NCBI RefSeq assembly: GCF_037042905.1
Contig: NC_087252.1
Location: 23,748,001 to 23,812,000, forward strand
Length of the DNA: 64,000 nucleotides
Source: Lytechinus pictus
Taxonomy: Eukaryota
Direction of reading: 5' to 3'
The notes under the pieces are model-generated. The model was not told the DNA's origin, made no database searches, and saw only the letters and a program-made list of their open reading frames with translations. The position numbers and the translations under genes were made by a program. Shown piece after piece: positions 24,401-34,371 of this stretch (the first letter of the stretch is position 1; the number at the start of each line of letters is the position of its first letter).

Positions 24401-27400
24401 CAAAGAGTTGCAATTGATCCGATCAACCACAACTATGGATGGCCAGCAGCATCAACATCTCATATGCAAATTTGTTAAAAATATTTTCTACATATGATGT
24501 ATATTCATACATTGATTGTTCTCGAGAAGATTCAGTGTGATTCTCTTTGTTTACTATCAATATTGGGCACATATTCTGTATAAAAAAAGTATGGTATGGA
24601 TGGATTTCCATATATAGTTGAGATTGATTGGATCGATCGTAACTCTTTATAGGATGAGGCCCTGAACTGATTCGTCTCTGTTTTCTAGTTCACAAGAAAA
24701 ATTGTGATGCTCTCAAATTATCATAGCTTGAGCAGTTCATGAAGTAAAGTAAGGTTTTAGAAAAATTATATTGCAGACATTGCCAACAAAATTTGACCCA
24801 AATTGCTTGTGACAAAGTGCAACTAGAAGTGGATCAAGACTTAAACATACTTTGCAATTCGATCTGCAGTTTATCATACTTTTTTCCTTTCCTTTTACAT
24901 TGCTCACTTCATTTTAGAATTGGTATTGACAAAGGTTTATTTTCCCATAACCCAGGTAGAAAACAGGTCATCCATATCTTTCAAACTTTTATCCCAAACA
25001 AATATTACCATATGCTCTAAAGCTTGAGCTTGCATGTTAACTCATTGTCAGTGCAGGATTTCAGGTAACAAATATGCTTTTCACACTGCATTTCATTAAC
25101 CCCATACTATCCTTAAACCCAGACTATCCTTAACCCCACACTATTTTTTTTTTTTTTTTTAACCCTGTACTATTTGCTTAGCCGGGGTGAACGCCTTAAC
25201 CCCAGACTATCATACAGCTCATGAATATTGATGATTTTACCATACAGAGCGCGATTAACGTGCAATATCGACTTCTGTGATTGGTTAATGCTTAGCCCCA
25301 CTTTTCCTTAGCACTGCACTGCATCTCTTAGCACCGCAATTGTGGTGCTAGTACCATAATAAGCAGGCTAACCCTGCTATTTTACAGGGCCAGATAGTAC
25401 CGTACTATTTACTGTGCATGCTAGCCCACTTTTCTAAAATATGTAAAAATGAAGTGGGCTAAAATTAACCCCGGTATATTGGAGGGGCTAAGACCCTCCC
25501 CCTTAGCCCCACCAATATCCTGGGGTTAAGGAAGTGCAGAGTGAAAAGCATAAAAATGTTTTGATACTCCAAAGCCTACCTATAAATTATCTATTATCTA
25601 CCTATTAAAAACTAAGAAGGTGGTTATGACAATTTAGCATTGCTACCAAAAAACATACACATAATGAACATACACAAAATATAACTATATCTATATATTC
25701 TAAATGAAGTTCTAACACTTGGTTTAATAGTTCATCAGCAAGTTTCGAGATCACTTTCTTGAAGTTAAACTCAATTATGGGCCATAGAATGGAAAAGGGA
25801 ATGAGGAATGAGGGCATAATTATGGAAGGGTAAATTGACAGGAATTAGGAGCATTAATAAGGCTTCCAGCAAGGTTGGTATGATGGGAGGTATTAAAATC
25901 ATTAAATACATGACTAAAGAAGATCATGGGAGGATGATGGGAACCTGATCATATTCTGTTTTTAACAAATTCTCTTCTAGCCTCACATGAATATAAAATT
26001 GATCTGAATAGCACAATACAGGTACCTGGAGATGTACAGGAGATTTGAATAGCATGCATAACACATCCACACTCTCAGACTGCACCCTAAACTACTGAAG
26101 GGATTTACTTTGTCAAAAGTTTCCAAAACCTGACCCCGAACAATAGAAATCCCATAAAAGCCATACCAAGCTCAGCTGAAATCATGGGGAATAAAAGCCA
26201 TGCCCTTATAAAGGGAACCAGCCAAGCTTGAAGAGGTCCTTTCAAAAACATTTTTGGTCTCCTTTTGAAAAGGATTCAGATCAACCACATCAATCACTGT
26301 ACAGTTCGATACATACAAGCACAACAACAAAGTATGCAGTGTACATAGCTTACCAGACATGTCTAACTTTTATTCTACAATTATGTTATGCATGGTCACA
26401 TAATGTAGGCCTTTTGACTTGTCTAAAGCATTACAGATATAAAGATACACATTGAAAACAAAAAGCTAATTAATAGACTTTCATGGAAATGGGATTTAGT
26501 TTTTATTTAAAGGGATCTTTGACAAAGTAGAAGGGACATACTTTCAAATGCTGACTAAACTCATTTCACAAGATTCGTATGAAAAAAACGAGATGTATAT
26601 TCCCAGCACAAATCATAATAATGTCTTTACTCATTAAAGGAGAATGAAACTCTTGGATCAAGTTAGCTTTTGTGAAAGCAGAAAAATCAAAGAACAAGAT
26701 CAACAACAGTTTGAGTAAAATAGGACTAGCAATAGAAGAGTTATGAGCATTTGAATGTCGAGATCACTAATGCTATGGAGATCCTCCCATTGGCAATGCG
26801 ACCAAGATCTATGATGTCACAGATGAACAACTCTCCCCTTTTGGACACTGAAAATATACCCCAAAACATCTCTTTTTGCTCATTCTAATCATATGACAAA
26901 CGATTCATCAATGATATAATGTTGTGAAACCTCTGTACTTGTCCTCTCATAAAGAGAACACCTCACCTTGTGATAGACTCTATAAAAGTGAGAATATAAG
27001 TGAAATAAGTACTAAAGTAATGAGGGAGTTGTACGTGTGTGACATCACAGATCTTGGTCGCATTGCCAATTGGAGGATCTACATGGCATTAGTGATCTCA
27101 ATATTCAAATGCTCATAACTTTCTTATTATTCATTCAATCTTCCTCAAACTTTCAACAATACGTTTCTTTGATTTTTCTCTTTGATATGGATTCAGCTGG
27201 TTTCAAGGGTTTCATTCTCCTTTAAGTGCACATTGCTCTAAGACCATTTTTCTGTTAGTTTTAATAACTTTTCTGCTTCTAGCCATCAATATCTCTTAAG
27301 ATTGCAAGTTTGTGCATAATTGCTGAGTAGTGGTATCTGCAGATCTGGAAATAGTGTAATACATGTAGTAATAGTTGTAGTAGTAGTAGTAGTATTAGAT

Positions 27401-27564
27401 GTAGTAGAAGTAGTAGTAGTACTAGTAGTAAAAGTAATTGTAGTAGTTGTAAAAATAGTCGTTGTTGTAATAGTGTGGTGGTGGTACTAGTAGTAGTAGA
27501 AGCAGTAGTAGTAGTAGTAGTAGTAGTAGCAGCAGTAGAAGTAGAACTAATAGTAGAAGTAGTA

Positions 27565-27628
<64 letters not shown>

Positions 27629-29404
27629 CAGCAGCAGCAGTCATAAGGAGTATTTTAAAGACATTTGGGGGGCATCGATTAGCAGAGGAAAACCAAAGAA
27701 GACAGAAGAAGCAAGCAGGGAAGGATAGTAGGTGGGTAGGGTCGAGGACGTAGGATGCATTAAATTCAAAGAGGAGGGAGGTAGCATTAGCACACCTCAA
27801 GGAAAAGCAGGTGGCATGGTGTTCCCCCCTTACAGAAGTTTGGTACTTTGTTGGTGCTTGCCAGAAATTGGTTTTGATGATTGCTCCAGTTTTTTGTTTT
27901 TGCTCCTGAAAAGGTTTTCCAGGTATGCCACGGAGAGAAGGATAAGGGTGATTGCTGCAAGTCTTAAGTGGTTCTGATGACCCCCTACTCAACATGACAA
28001 AAGCTGAATTAAAACTCTGGACTACTGATTCAACTTACCCCAGCCCTGCCTGCTATGGCACAGTCATTGACCCGATCTCCCGTCAGGTCACCGTTGCAGT
28101 TAACAGCAAAGACCTCCATACTTGAATAGTGTCTCCAGAGTTCCTGACCAGTGATGCCGTCCAGGGCAAGAACGCCTCCAAAACAAGGAACCGATCCATT
28201 GAAGTAAATAGAACACATCAGGTACTGGTGGGCAAAATAGGCAGTGGCATCTGTGGAGAGGGAGATTTTAGTTGTAACTTATTTTCCAACCTTACCTCTA
28301 AAAGTTTGAACTTCAGATTCAAATTTGTAATAGTTTACATAGGACAAATCAAATTACGGAATGTACCAAGGACAAAGCAAAGGACAATGTCCAAGACTTG
28401 AAAACTGAGGACATGGCAAAAAACATGTTGATGAAATACCATTTAGCCTCAACCAATTCTGTTTTAATAAAAATTCAAAATTTTTATATTGATAATCTTG
28501 ATAATCAAGATCCCCAGGAAAGTAAACGTAGAGAAAAATGATGACAGAAAAAATGTATGTGAAAGCAGATTAAAATAAATTGTCAAAGCCAACAATGTGA
28601 TGCTACTGTTCTGATATTTTAAGCACTTCTTTTACATGAGTATGCATTGTTTCAAAAGGGAGGAGTTAAATCACATGATGAGGCTCTACCTGTTGAAAAT
28701 CCTATGATCGCATCCAGCACACCATCCTGGTTGACATCTAGGAGTCGAATGCCTGACTCTAGCTGTAGCTGCGGAATGTTCTGAACCCAGACATCCTGTA
28801 CAGTATATTTGGTACAAGGTAGTACTGTTCTTTGAGGCTCTTGTTTTGGTTCTTCAACATCTACATCCACTTTTGATTTTTCTCCATGACTGGCAACTGT
28901 TGGAGTCTTTGGAATAGTCTTTGAAGGTTCAATCACAATGGAAGACAAAGTGGGCTTTGCCATGGGCTTTGCCGTGGGCTTCAACTTAACGTTGATCCCG
29001 AAAGGCCTACTCATGGCAAAGTTCCCAAGTGCAGCAATGGCTGTCAGATGACTCTGTTTGTCATCGTCACTTGTCCTGTGTTTGGCTGCATCATTCAAGA
29101 TCCTCATCAAAACTAAGGCAAATATAACAATCACCATGATAATCATGACAATATAGAAAGCTTGGAGGCAATCCTTCTTCCTCTTGAAGTACCATACTGG
29201 CTTGCGTTTGGGAAGTTTTGTGTCTGGAGTGTTCGTTTTCACTGGGGTGGGACGTGAAGGTATCCTGTGAGGAAACTTCTTTGGTGACATCAAAGGTCGA
29301 CTGAGGTCAATGTATTCATCTTCTTCGCTGGAGCTTGGATCATCCAGGTAGACGTCAAAGTAGCGCTGATTTCCCATACCGACTGCTGTCATAGGCGCTG
29401 TCAT
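338..29404 (-). CDS. FAM234/ITFG3-like type II membrane protein with FG-GAP/PQQ-like beta-propeller (spliced; 3' end lies beyond the left edge of the window)
   Basis: Coding exons complement(join 28690-29404, 28039-28250, 23280-23451, 21224-21333, 16618-16734, 15511-15692, 14642-14738, 338-524). All introns are GT-AG and phases are consistent. One TM helix (AFYIVMIIMVIVIFALVLM), repeated DxNxDG-type motifs (DVNQDG, DLTGDR, DVNGDG), GGVLALDGITGQELW and VLFGTGGETVGGSLW. Confidence 0.8.
597..763 (+). mobile_element. tRNA-derived SINE, 5' part (split by a 13.5-kb insertion)
   Basis: Core TGTGCTGCACTCAACCCAGG.GAGGTGAAT.GGTACC is shared with copies at 22.5, 23.6, 37.8, 39.4 and 57.1 kb. Confidence 0.8.
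1564..1780 (+). repeat. 31-bp tandem repeat x7 (left foldback arm)
   Basis: Unit ATTATTTATAAATAATGATTATTTGTTTTTC. Confidence 0.9.
4721..4906 (-). repeat. 31-bp tandem repeat x6 (right foldback arm)
   Basis: Reverse complement of the 1564-1780 unit. Confidence 0.9.
5109..5710. repeat. Left subterminal array of the CACTA-like element (40/80-bp period, AACTGGT(A/G)CCAGTT palindromes)
   Basis: gtcaactggtgccagttaaa recurs at 5341, 5421, 5501 and 5581. Confidence 0.85.
6771..7353. mobile_element. TTAA-TSD MITE (Kolobok-like)
   Basis: TTAA|AGGAGAATGAAAC ... GTTTCATTCTCCT|TTAA; long imperfect inverted arms; a highly similar inverted copy is at 26638-27221. Confidence 0.85.
7651..8237. mobile_element. 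TTAA-TSD MITE (Kolobok-like)
   Basis: TTAA|AGTGATGGTCCGGGC ... GCCTGGACCATCCCT|TTAA. Confidence 0.8.
8536..9590. repeat. 525-bp tandem duplication (x2) with an older partial copy at ~6395-6735
   Basis: atttttacattgtattttcatcacggagcc starts at both 8536 and 9061. Confidence 0.9.
10062..10242 (-). mobile_element. RTE-clade LINE 3' fragment
   Basis: Degenerate translation RGRPKTTW...EEEMKSVNMTWG...RKAQ.NRQE...FVAALH, followed by a GTAA-type tail. Confidence 0.7.
10811..11130 (-). promoter_or_regulatory. Housekeeping-type promoter and first-exon-like segment inside the CACTA-like element
   Basis: TGCGCATGCGCA 11073-84, GC box 11087-93, octamer ATTTGCAT 11031-38, CCAAT (gattgg) 10993-98, GCCATCTT 10967-74, TGAGTCA 11121-27, donor CAG|GTAAGT at 10811/10810. 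Confidence 0.55.
12570..13800. repeat. Right subterminal array of the CACTA-like element (~160-bp period)
   Basis: ccagtatggttaatgggtttcaagtggg recurs at ~12632, 12792, 12953, 13109 and 13269; rich in AACTGG. Confidence 0.85.
14320..14390 (+). mobile_element. tRNA-derived SINE, 3' tail continuing the 597-763 copy
   Basis: atgtgcctcagaatagaata...gcgctatataaatgcctattattatt matches the tail of the uninterrupted copy at 23796-23860. Confidence 0.8.
14642..14738 (-). CDS. FAM234-like exon (TPAAGFYNDDDVPDFMVVYNYGPGYPLYYYVQ)
   Basis: Manual translation; phase 2->0. Confidence 0.85.
15511..15692 (-). CDS. FAM234-like exon (AKVIYTDPFKGVMTPPVLVDLTGDRVKDIV...SESY)
   Basis: Within ORF 15507..15719; GT-AG bounded. 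Confidence 0.85.
16365..16401 (+). ncRNA. Minimal type I hammerhead ribozyme-like motif (Penelope-like pLTR remnant, ~16150-16420)
   Basis: CCT-CCGACGA-A-GATTCT gct AGGATC-GAAA-GC-TT-AGG: stem I, core with U4>C change, stem II, GAAA, palindromic AGCT stem III. Confidence 0.65.
16618..16734 (-). CDS. FAM234-like exon (IFYQHGGKAMVLFGTGGETVGGSLWAIPLDDIIICNMTQ)
   Basis: Manual translation; 117 nt, phase 0-0; donor CAG|GTATG. Confidence 0.85.
17980..19047. mobile_element. PIF/Harbinger-like MITE containing a nested fragment
   Basis: TAA|GGC..CCGAGCATTGTTGGAGCGGTCGTGGAG and CTCCACGACCGCTCCAACAACGCTCGGGCGGTGTGACCAGGCC followed by TTTA; small deletion in the left TIR. Confidence 0.65.
18355..18896. 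mobile_element. Truncated AT-rich insertion with one CACAGTG terminus (Transib-like MITE)
   Basis: The right end reads CACAGTGGGCCAGAATG on the minus strand; the left end gggcataatg resembles the same TIR without the heptamer. Confidence 0.45.
19622..19825. mobile_element. Small MITE
   Basis: CTAGTCTGCAGACACAGAC ... GTCTGCGCTTGCAGACTAG. Confidence 0.55.
19857..20258. mobile_element. MITE
   Basis: AATAGACCAGTTCGTAGTT ... AACTACGAACTGGCTTATT. Confidence 0.65.
20957..21216. mobile_element. MITE of the GGGCC-terminal family (related to 24388-24662, inverted)
   Basis: Ends gcaactctttgtaagacggggccc, the reverse complement of the start of the 24388 copy. Confidence 0.6.
21224..21333 (-). CDS. FAM234-like exon (APVTHSGNVMLLSGSDGSVISACGVPDGMESYYSPQ)
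   Basis: Manual translation; donor CAG|GTAAG. Confidence 0.85.
21922..22080. mobile_element. Small palindromic MITE
   Basis: atttcaaaaagagttgcaactgttgtaactttgc ... gcaaagttacaacagttgtaagtcctttatgaaac. Confidence 0.65.
22543..22808 (+). mobile_element. Full-length tRNA-derived SINE
   Basis: A box TGGTCTAGTGG, B box GTTCAATTCC, shared core, L2-like tail gcgccttgagcac...tattatt. Confidence 0.85.
22930..23246. mobile_element. MITE (GGCCCGTATTCTGAA TIR, AAT duplicated)
   Basis: aat|GGCCCGTATTCTGAA ... TTCAGAATACGGGCC|aat; an inverted relative is at 41263-41609. Confidence 0.8.
23280..23451 (-). CDS. FAM234-like exon (VMEAVDGTSGKLLW...DVNGDGVRDLLNALGGDP)
   Basis: GT-AG bounded, in frame with neighbouring exons. 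Confidence 0.85.
23640..23860 (+). mobile_element. tRNA-derived SINE (head degenerate or truncated)
   Basis: Shared core and (TAT)n tail. Confidence 0.8.
24388..24662. mobile_element. MITE (GGGCC-terminal)
   Basis: gggccccgtattacaaagagttgcaattgatcc ... ggatcgatcgtaactctttataggatgaggccc. Confidence 0.7.
25075..25550. mobile_element. MITE with TA flanks
   Basis: TA|TGCTTTTCACACTGCA ... TGCAGAGTGAAAAGCA|TA; internal TTA(A/G)CCC repeats. Confidence 0.7.
26638..27221. mobile_element. TTAA-TSD MITE (Kolobok-like), inverted copy of 6771-7353
   Basis: TTAA|AGGAGAATGAAAC ... GTTTCATTCTCCT|TTAA. Confidence 0.85.
27365..27640. repeat. (TAG)n/(CAG)n microsatellite
   Basis: Directly visible. Confidence 0.95.
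28039..28250 (-). CDS. FAM234-like exon (CSIYFNGSVPCFGGVLALDGITGQELW...AGRAG)
   Basis: AG acceptor at 28251-52, GTAAGT donor, phase 1->0. Confidence 0.85.
28690..29404 (-). CDS. FAM234-like first coding exon (cytoplasmic N-terminus, TM helix, Pro/Thr/Lys stalk, first propeller motif)
   Basis: Matches ORF 28652..29419. Acceptor at 29469-70, first in-frame ATG at 29404 (start inferred), donor ACAG|GTAGAG at 28690/28689. Confidence 0.85.
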
Positions 29405-30756
29405 ACTCCAAAGCAACAAGGGATCACAGATCAGAGGCAGTCATGGTGACTTTAGGGTTGTTCAATTTCTGAAAGACAGAAGAAAATTGAAATGGTCCAG
29501 AATTATTTTTCCTGAGAGTTTAACATAAAGAAATACACTTAAAAATACACTTATTATTAATATATATATATATACACACAATGGATTGCAACTTTAATGA
29601 AGAAAATTGAAATGAAGAAAAAAAATTAATGAAGAAAATTAAAATGGTCCAGAATTTTTTTTCCTGAGAGTTTAACATAAAGAAATACACTTAAAAATAC
29701 ACTTATTATTTAATAATAAGTACATTAAAGTTGCAATCCATATATACACACAATGGATTGCAACTTTAATGTACATTAAAAGCCACATATCCACAGTTAC
29801 GCTTAGTTGAAAAATCAGTTGTGTCCTTTTTTTAAAGGAGTAGGACCCAGATGTAACTAAAATTGAATAATTTCATCTGGCAATCGAGAGGTTGTAACCC
29901 AGTTGAAAATTCTGAAAATGGATAACAAATATCACCTTTTTTTAATCTAAAAGCTCTGGTATTGACATCTCATTGTTTTGTTTATATCAGTCAGGTTGAT
30001 GGTAAATAATGTGCAAAATACAGAAAGCATGAATATATTTCAGCCATATCATGCATGGATTTTTGTTACACTGTTTGTAGTAGATAGGTAGGTAGGTACT
30101 TCACTTGCACAATTTTCCATTCACAATGGAACTAACAATGCAAAGGAGTTCTAAAAATGATAAGTATTATTTCTTGCAAATTTCAAGATGTTGTATTTAC
30201 TTTTTCTCCAGGTAACACTTCACTGAAGAGTCGTACCAGAAAAAAATATTGCTTATCAGAAAATTTGAGTTACAACTTACTCAATCAGAAAATTAACTTT
30301 GCAATGAAAGTGAAAAACTAACACTATCTCTTTTCCATTTGCATTTTGTAATCAAGATTAATCAGAATAAAAATATATATTATTTGAAAAAAAAATCCAA
30401 ATTTATTTCAATACCCTCATTTTTCAAACTGTTATTTCTGAGGTCAATGCATGATAAAATCAAATACATAAAACTTCTTCTTTACAGACTTTATATAACC
30501 AATGAATGATAACAAAATTGAAAAAAGGGAAATTCAAAATTACATGCAAACAAAAGATATATGGCAAAAAAAAAAGTATTGGAATTATACTATTTCTATT
30601 ATTTTTAGTATTGGAATTATAATATCATTTTATAATATTTCCAATATTAATCCAATATTAAAACAATATTGGAATTAAATTATAAAAAGTATTATAAAAT
30701 AATAAGTTCATTGCTTATAAATAATCAGACTTTTTTCAGAGCATACAACAACCACA

Positions 30757-30806
30757 ACTGGGCGTTGTGGCGTGCGCCTGTAATCCAAGCTATGTGGGGA
30801 AGTTAC
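30757..30806 (+). other. 7SL/SRP RNA 5' (Alu domain)-like fragment
   Basis: ACTGGGCGTTGTGGCGTGCGCCTGTAATCCAAGCTA versus metazoan 7SL GCCGGGCGCGGTGGCGCGTGCCTGTAGTCCCAGCTA; the rest of 7SL is not seen. Confidence 0.6.
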
Positions 30807-31996
30807 AACTTGATAACATAAATAATCATATCTGATTGATACACGTCTGACAAAACTCCAATACACACACACACAAAATTGAGTGAATTTTACAGGTGCT
30901 TATTGGGGACTGCATCGTAAGCCTACTGGAAGACAGAGAATGCAGTGAAAATAGGGAAATCTATACATATTTAATGGGAATAGAGTGCAGGGGAGCCGAT
31001 ACTAGACAGTGATGGATTGAGCTGGAAGGGATAGAGAGGAGGTGTAGTATGAGGGTATTAAAAGGGAGAAGGAATTTAAAGCAGAATATAATAAGGAAGA
31101 GATTGAAGCGAAATTGAGGTACAATGTAAGAGAGAGAGAAAATAAAATGAGGAATAGAGAAAGAAAGCAACCATGAGGTTTAATAGAGGGGGGCGGGGTA
31201 AGGAAGGGAGATACGGGGGAGGGAAAAGTAAGAGTGGGTGAAAAAAACCAGAAAGAGTGAAACAAAGGGGAGTAAAAAACCAGTCAGCCTAAATAGAGGG
31301 AAAGGGGGGGGGGGTAAATACATATGAATGTCTTATTTGTAATATTGCTGTCAAAAGGGTGCATAGATAAAAACACCTTTTAGAGGAATTTTGATATAAA
31401 TTCTACCATCACCACCACCAACAATGTTAGTAACATCAGCTCCGCCATAACCATCATTATCGTAATCACCATCAATATCATCACCAACACTGTCGTCATA
31501 AAATGATCATCACCTTCATTACATCACCATGGCAACGATTTAGGTCACTCATGGATCCACCAGATTTCCCCCCAAGAATATCCCACTACATGCAGACTTG
31601 TGCAACATCTCTTGTCGCTTATTATTCACAAATTGGTTTTTAGAAATAGATATCATGCAAACACACATTGAATATACAAGAACAAACATATTTTGGCCAA
31701 TTCGATACACGCACTGCAATATAAGTCTCAACACATCTCCATTCTCCCGCTTTCTTCGAAACCGCATCCATTCATATGAGCACGTACACCGTCTGCAAAC
31801 AGAGGATGCATATACGTAAACATCGTACACCGAGCACACTCGAACTTTCGAAAAGGCATCCCCGAACGTTTTCCCATTCCAGAACCCTAGCGGTTTCGTT
31901 GGTAAAATGACAAAGACAATGTAGTGATACATTCTCACAACACAACATGTATTACAATAGAAGTGTGATTAATAAGTCAAGGAGATTGATATTTAC

Positions 31997-32240
31997 CTGT
32001 TTGTTTTCACTTGCCGTGAGTTAGTCCAGTCTTCGTCGAATGTTAATCAAACTAATACGTGCGACTGCAGTGCAGTGCAGCTCTGACATCCGTGCATGCA
32101 CCCAGTGCAGTGGACATCAATTGCGTGTATTCTCCGTTCTGTGGCGTGTGTGTGTGGGCGCCACATAAGATCAGAAAGTGGTCGACGGGGCCACTTAATC
32201 ATCAAATGCTGTGAACAGGTGTCTCGCGACCATTAATGAA
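31997..32240 (-). promoter_or_regulatory. Putative non-coding first exon and promoter of the FAM234-like gene
   Basis: Donor CAG|GTAAAT at 31997/31996. Locally CpG-richer sequence with TCTCGCGA at 32222-32229. This is the nearest promoter-like region upstream of the acceptor at 29469. Confidence 0.5.
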
Positions 32241-32629
32241 AGTACCGTACGTGAGCACTTGAACATCAATTGCATTATCCTTGCCTCTCTGCCCAAAATA
32301 CAATAGTATCCACAGTCCTTTATTCCATTAGGGGTTAGAAATCATCAAGGCTAGGAAAGAAAATCATACTTATTTTAATCACTGTTTGATTATGTATAGG
32401 ACCTAATAACTTTTAATTTATCCCCCATTTTTAAACCACAAATAAAATTATGTCCTCTTATCAGTAATATTTAACTTTTAGTATTTAATAGTACGAGGCC
32501 AACAATTCCTGTACTTTTTTCACTCATTTAATTGTTTTATAAGAAGCTCATGCCACTTGCATTTTTCTCGAATAAAAATTAATCATACTCTGATTAATTC
32601 AGTATCTCCAAATTTATAATTATAAATAA

Positions 32630-33880
32630 TTTTTCTTTCTTCACCTCTTTTTTCCACTCTTTCTTCCCTCTCCTCCTCTCATTCTCCCCTCCCACTCTCT
32701 CCCCCTCCTCCCCCCCCCTTCTCACATCTCATTCTGTACCCCTCTCTCTCCCTGTATCTGTTTTTTTTAGTAACTTCTGTAGGAACTCGGCAAAGCAGCT
32801 TTCCGCTGAAAATTACAAAATTGAATCAATCAGTCATAGTAGCTAAACCTTTTAGATGACAGAAAATACTCTCGGGCCTTTTTGGTTAAAGTGGAGATGA
32901 TGGCTGAGTAGGGATTCAAACTCAGACATTACAGTCATGAGTATAATGCTCTAACCATCAGACCACACGACCCCCCCCCCCTTCTCTTATTGGTAACTAT
33001 CTCGCTCACTCTCCTTTTCTCCCCTTTCTTTCTTGTACCTCTCTCTTTATCCCTCTCACTCTCCCCACCCCTCTAACCACCCCCCTCTCTCTCCCCCCCC
33101 CCACTACCTCTCACCCATTTCACTCTACCTCTCATTTCACGCACCCACTTTTATCTCTTTCTCTTTATCCCCAACCCTCAACCTTCCCCACCTTTGAAGT
33201 ATTCTCTCTCTCTCCACATATGACTCTAACTCTCATTTCACCCACTTCTCTTTCATCTTTCTTTTTATTTTATCCCCTCCACCCCATGAAGTTCTCGCTC
33301 TCCTTCCCTCTTCCTCTACCTCTCATTTCACCCACTCCTCTTTCTTCCCTTTCTCATTATTTGCCACCCCTTGCACCCCCTCGCTTCTCCCCCCCCCCCC
33401 CCCCTCTCTCCTCCCTGTACCTCACCGATCTTTCATCTCTTTCTCTTTTCCGGCCTTCATTCCTTCCTCTTAAAGCTTCTCATTTTTCTGTCTCGATCAA
33501 TAATCATTGGGCTAAAATTTCCCCATTTTGAAAAGCTGTTTGCCAAGTATTTGTTTTATAACTTTTATCAAAGTTCGCTGCTTTCATACTTTTCTAACCT
33601 TTTCTAACAAACCATTTTCTATTCAATCTCTATCTGCTCTGTTACCCTGCTCCCTTATCTCTCTCCTTTCTTGTTTACCCCTTATATCTCTTCCTCTCCC
33701 TTTCTCGTCCTACATTTAACTTCTCTGTTACTCTCCCTAGCTCACCCCCTCTCCCTACCTCCCTATGTATATCTACCTGCTCTAATCTTAAGTACACCTG
33801 TTGCTGTTCCCCACTCTTTTATGTGCACTCTCTCTCTCTCCCTCTCTCTTTCTTTCTCCCTCTCTCTCTCTCATTATCTT
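32630..33880. repeat. Polypyrimidine low-complexity tract (contains a reversed SINE head at ~32900-32970)
   Basis: C/T-rich strand over more than 1 kb. Confidence 0.8.
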
Positions 33881-33947
33881 ATAATGTACTTGCAGCTTTA
33901 GAATACTATCTATTGAAATTACCAACTGAATACCAAATACCCACATG

Positions 33948-34371
33948 CAGGGTGCTACATAAGCACTTGCCTGATTGCCCAGGGCAAGTAAAAGTTAGAG
34001 TCGGGCAAGTGTTTTGAAGTAAAGACCAAAACTACTTGCCCGAATTGGGCAAGCAAAATTCTCACAGCAGAATGACCAAAATTAGGGTCGATATGATATG
34101 ATATTGACCCTAATTTTGGTCATGGCGGGCAAGATAACATCACTTTGGAAAAAGAAATGCAATAATAAGGTAGATCAGTTCATTTTAAAAGAGAGAAAAG
34201 GGTCAATGGTTTATAAACCGCAAAACTTTCTTTTGAAGAGGTAAAACCTTTTTTTTTTCAAGGATTTTTTCGGGCAAGTGAAATAGATTTTTGGGGCAAG
34301 TATATTCCAACTATTTAAAAAGTTCTTTGCCGGACCGGACAAGTGCTTCTAAAAAGTTATGTAGCACCCTG
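33948..34371. mobile_element. hAT-like MITE with apparent 6-bp TSD
   Basis: CACATG|CAGGGTGCTACATAA ... TTATGTAGCACCCTG|CACATG; internal GGGCAAG/CTTGCCC subterminal motifs. Confidence 0.8.

Noticed and set aside
27279..27995. 238-aa poly-Thr ORF and overlapping poly-Val ORF
   Set aside because: Translation of a (TAG)n microsatellite inside an intron; the FAM234 frame splices 28039->23451 without it.
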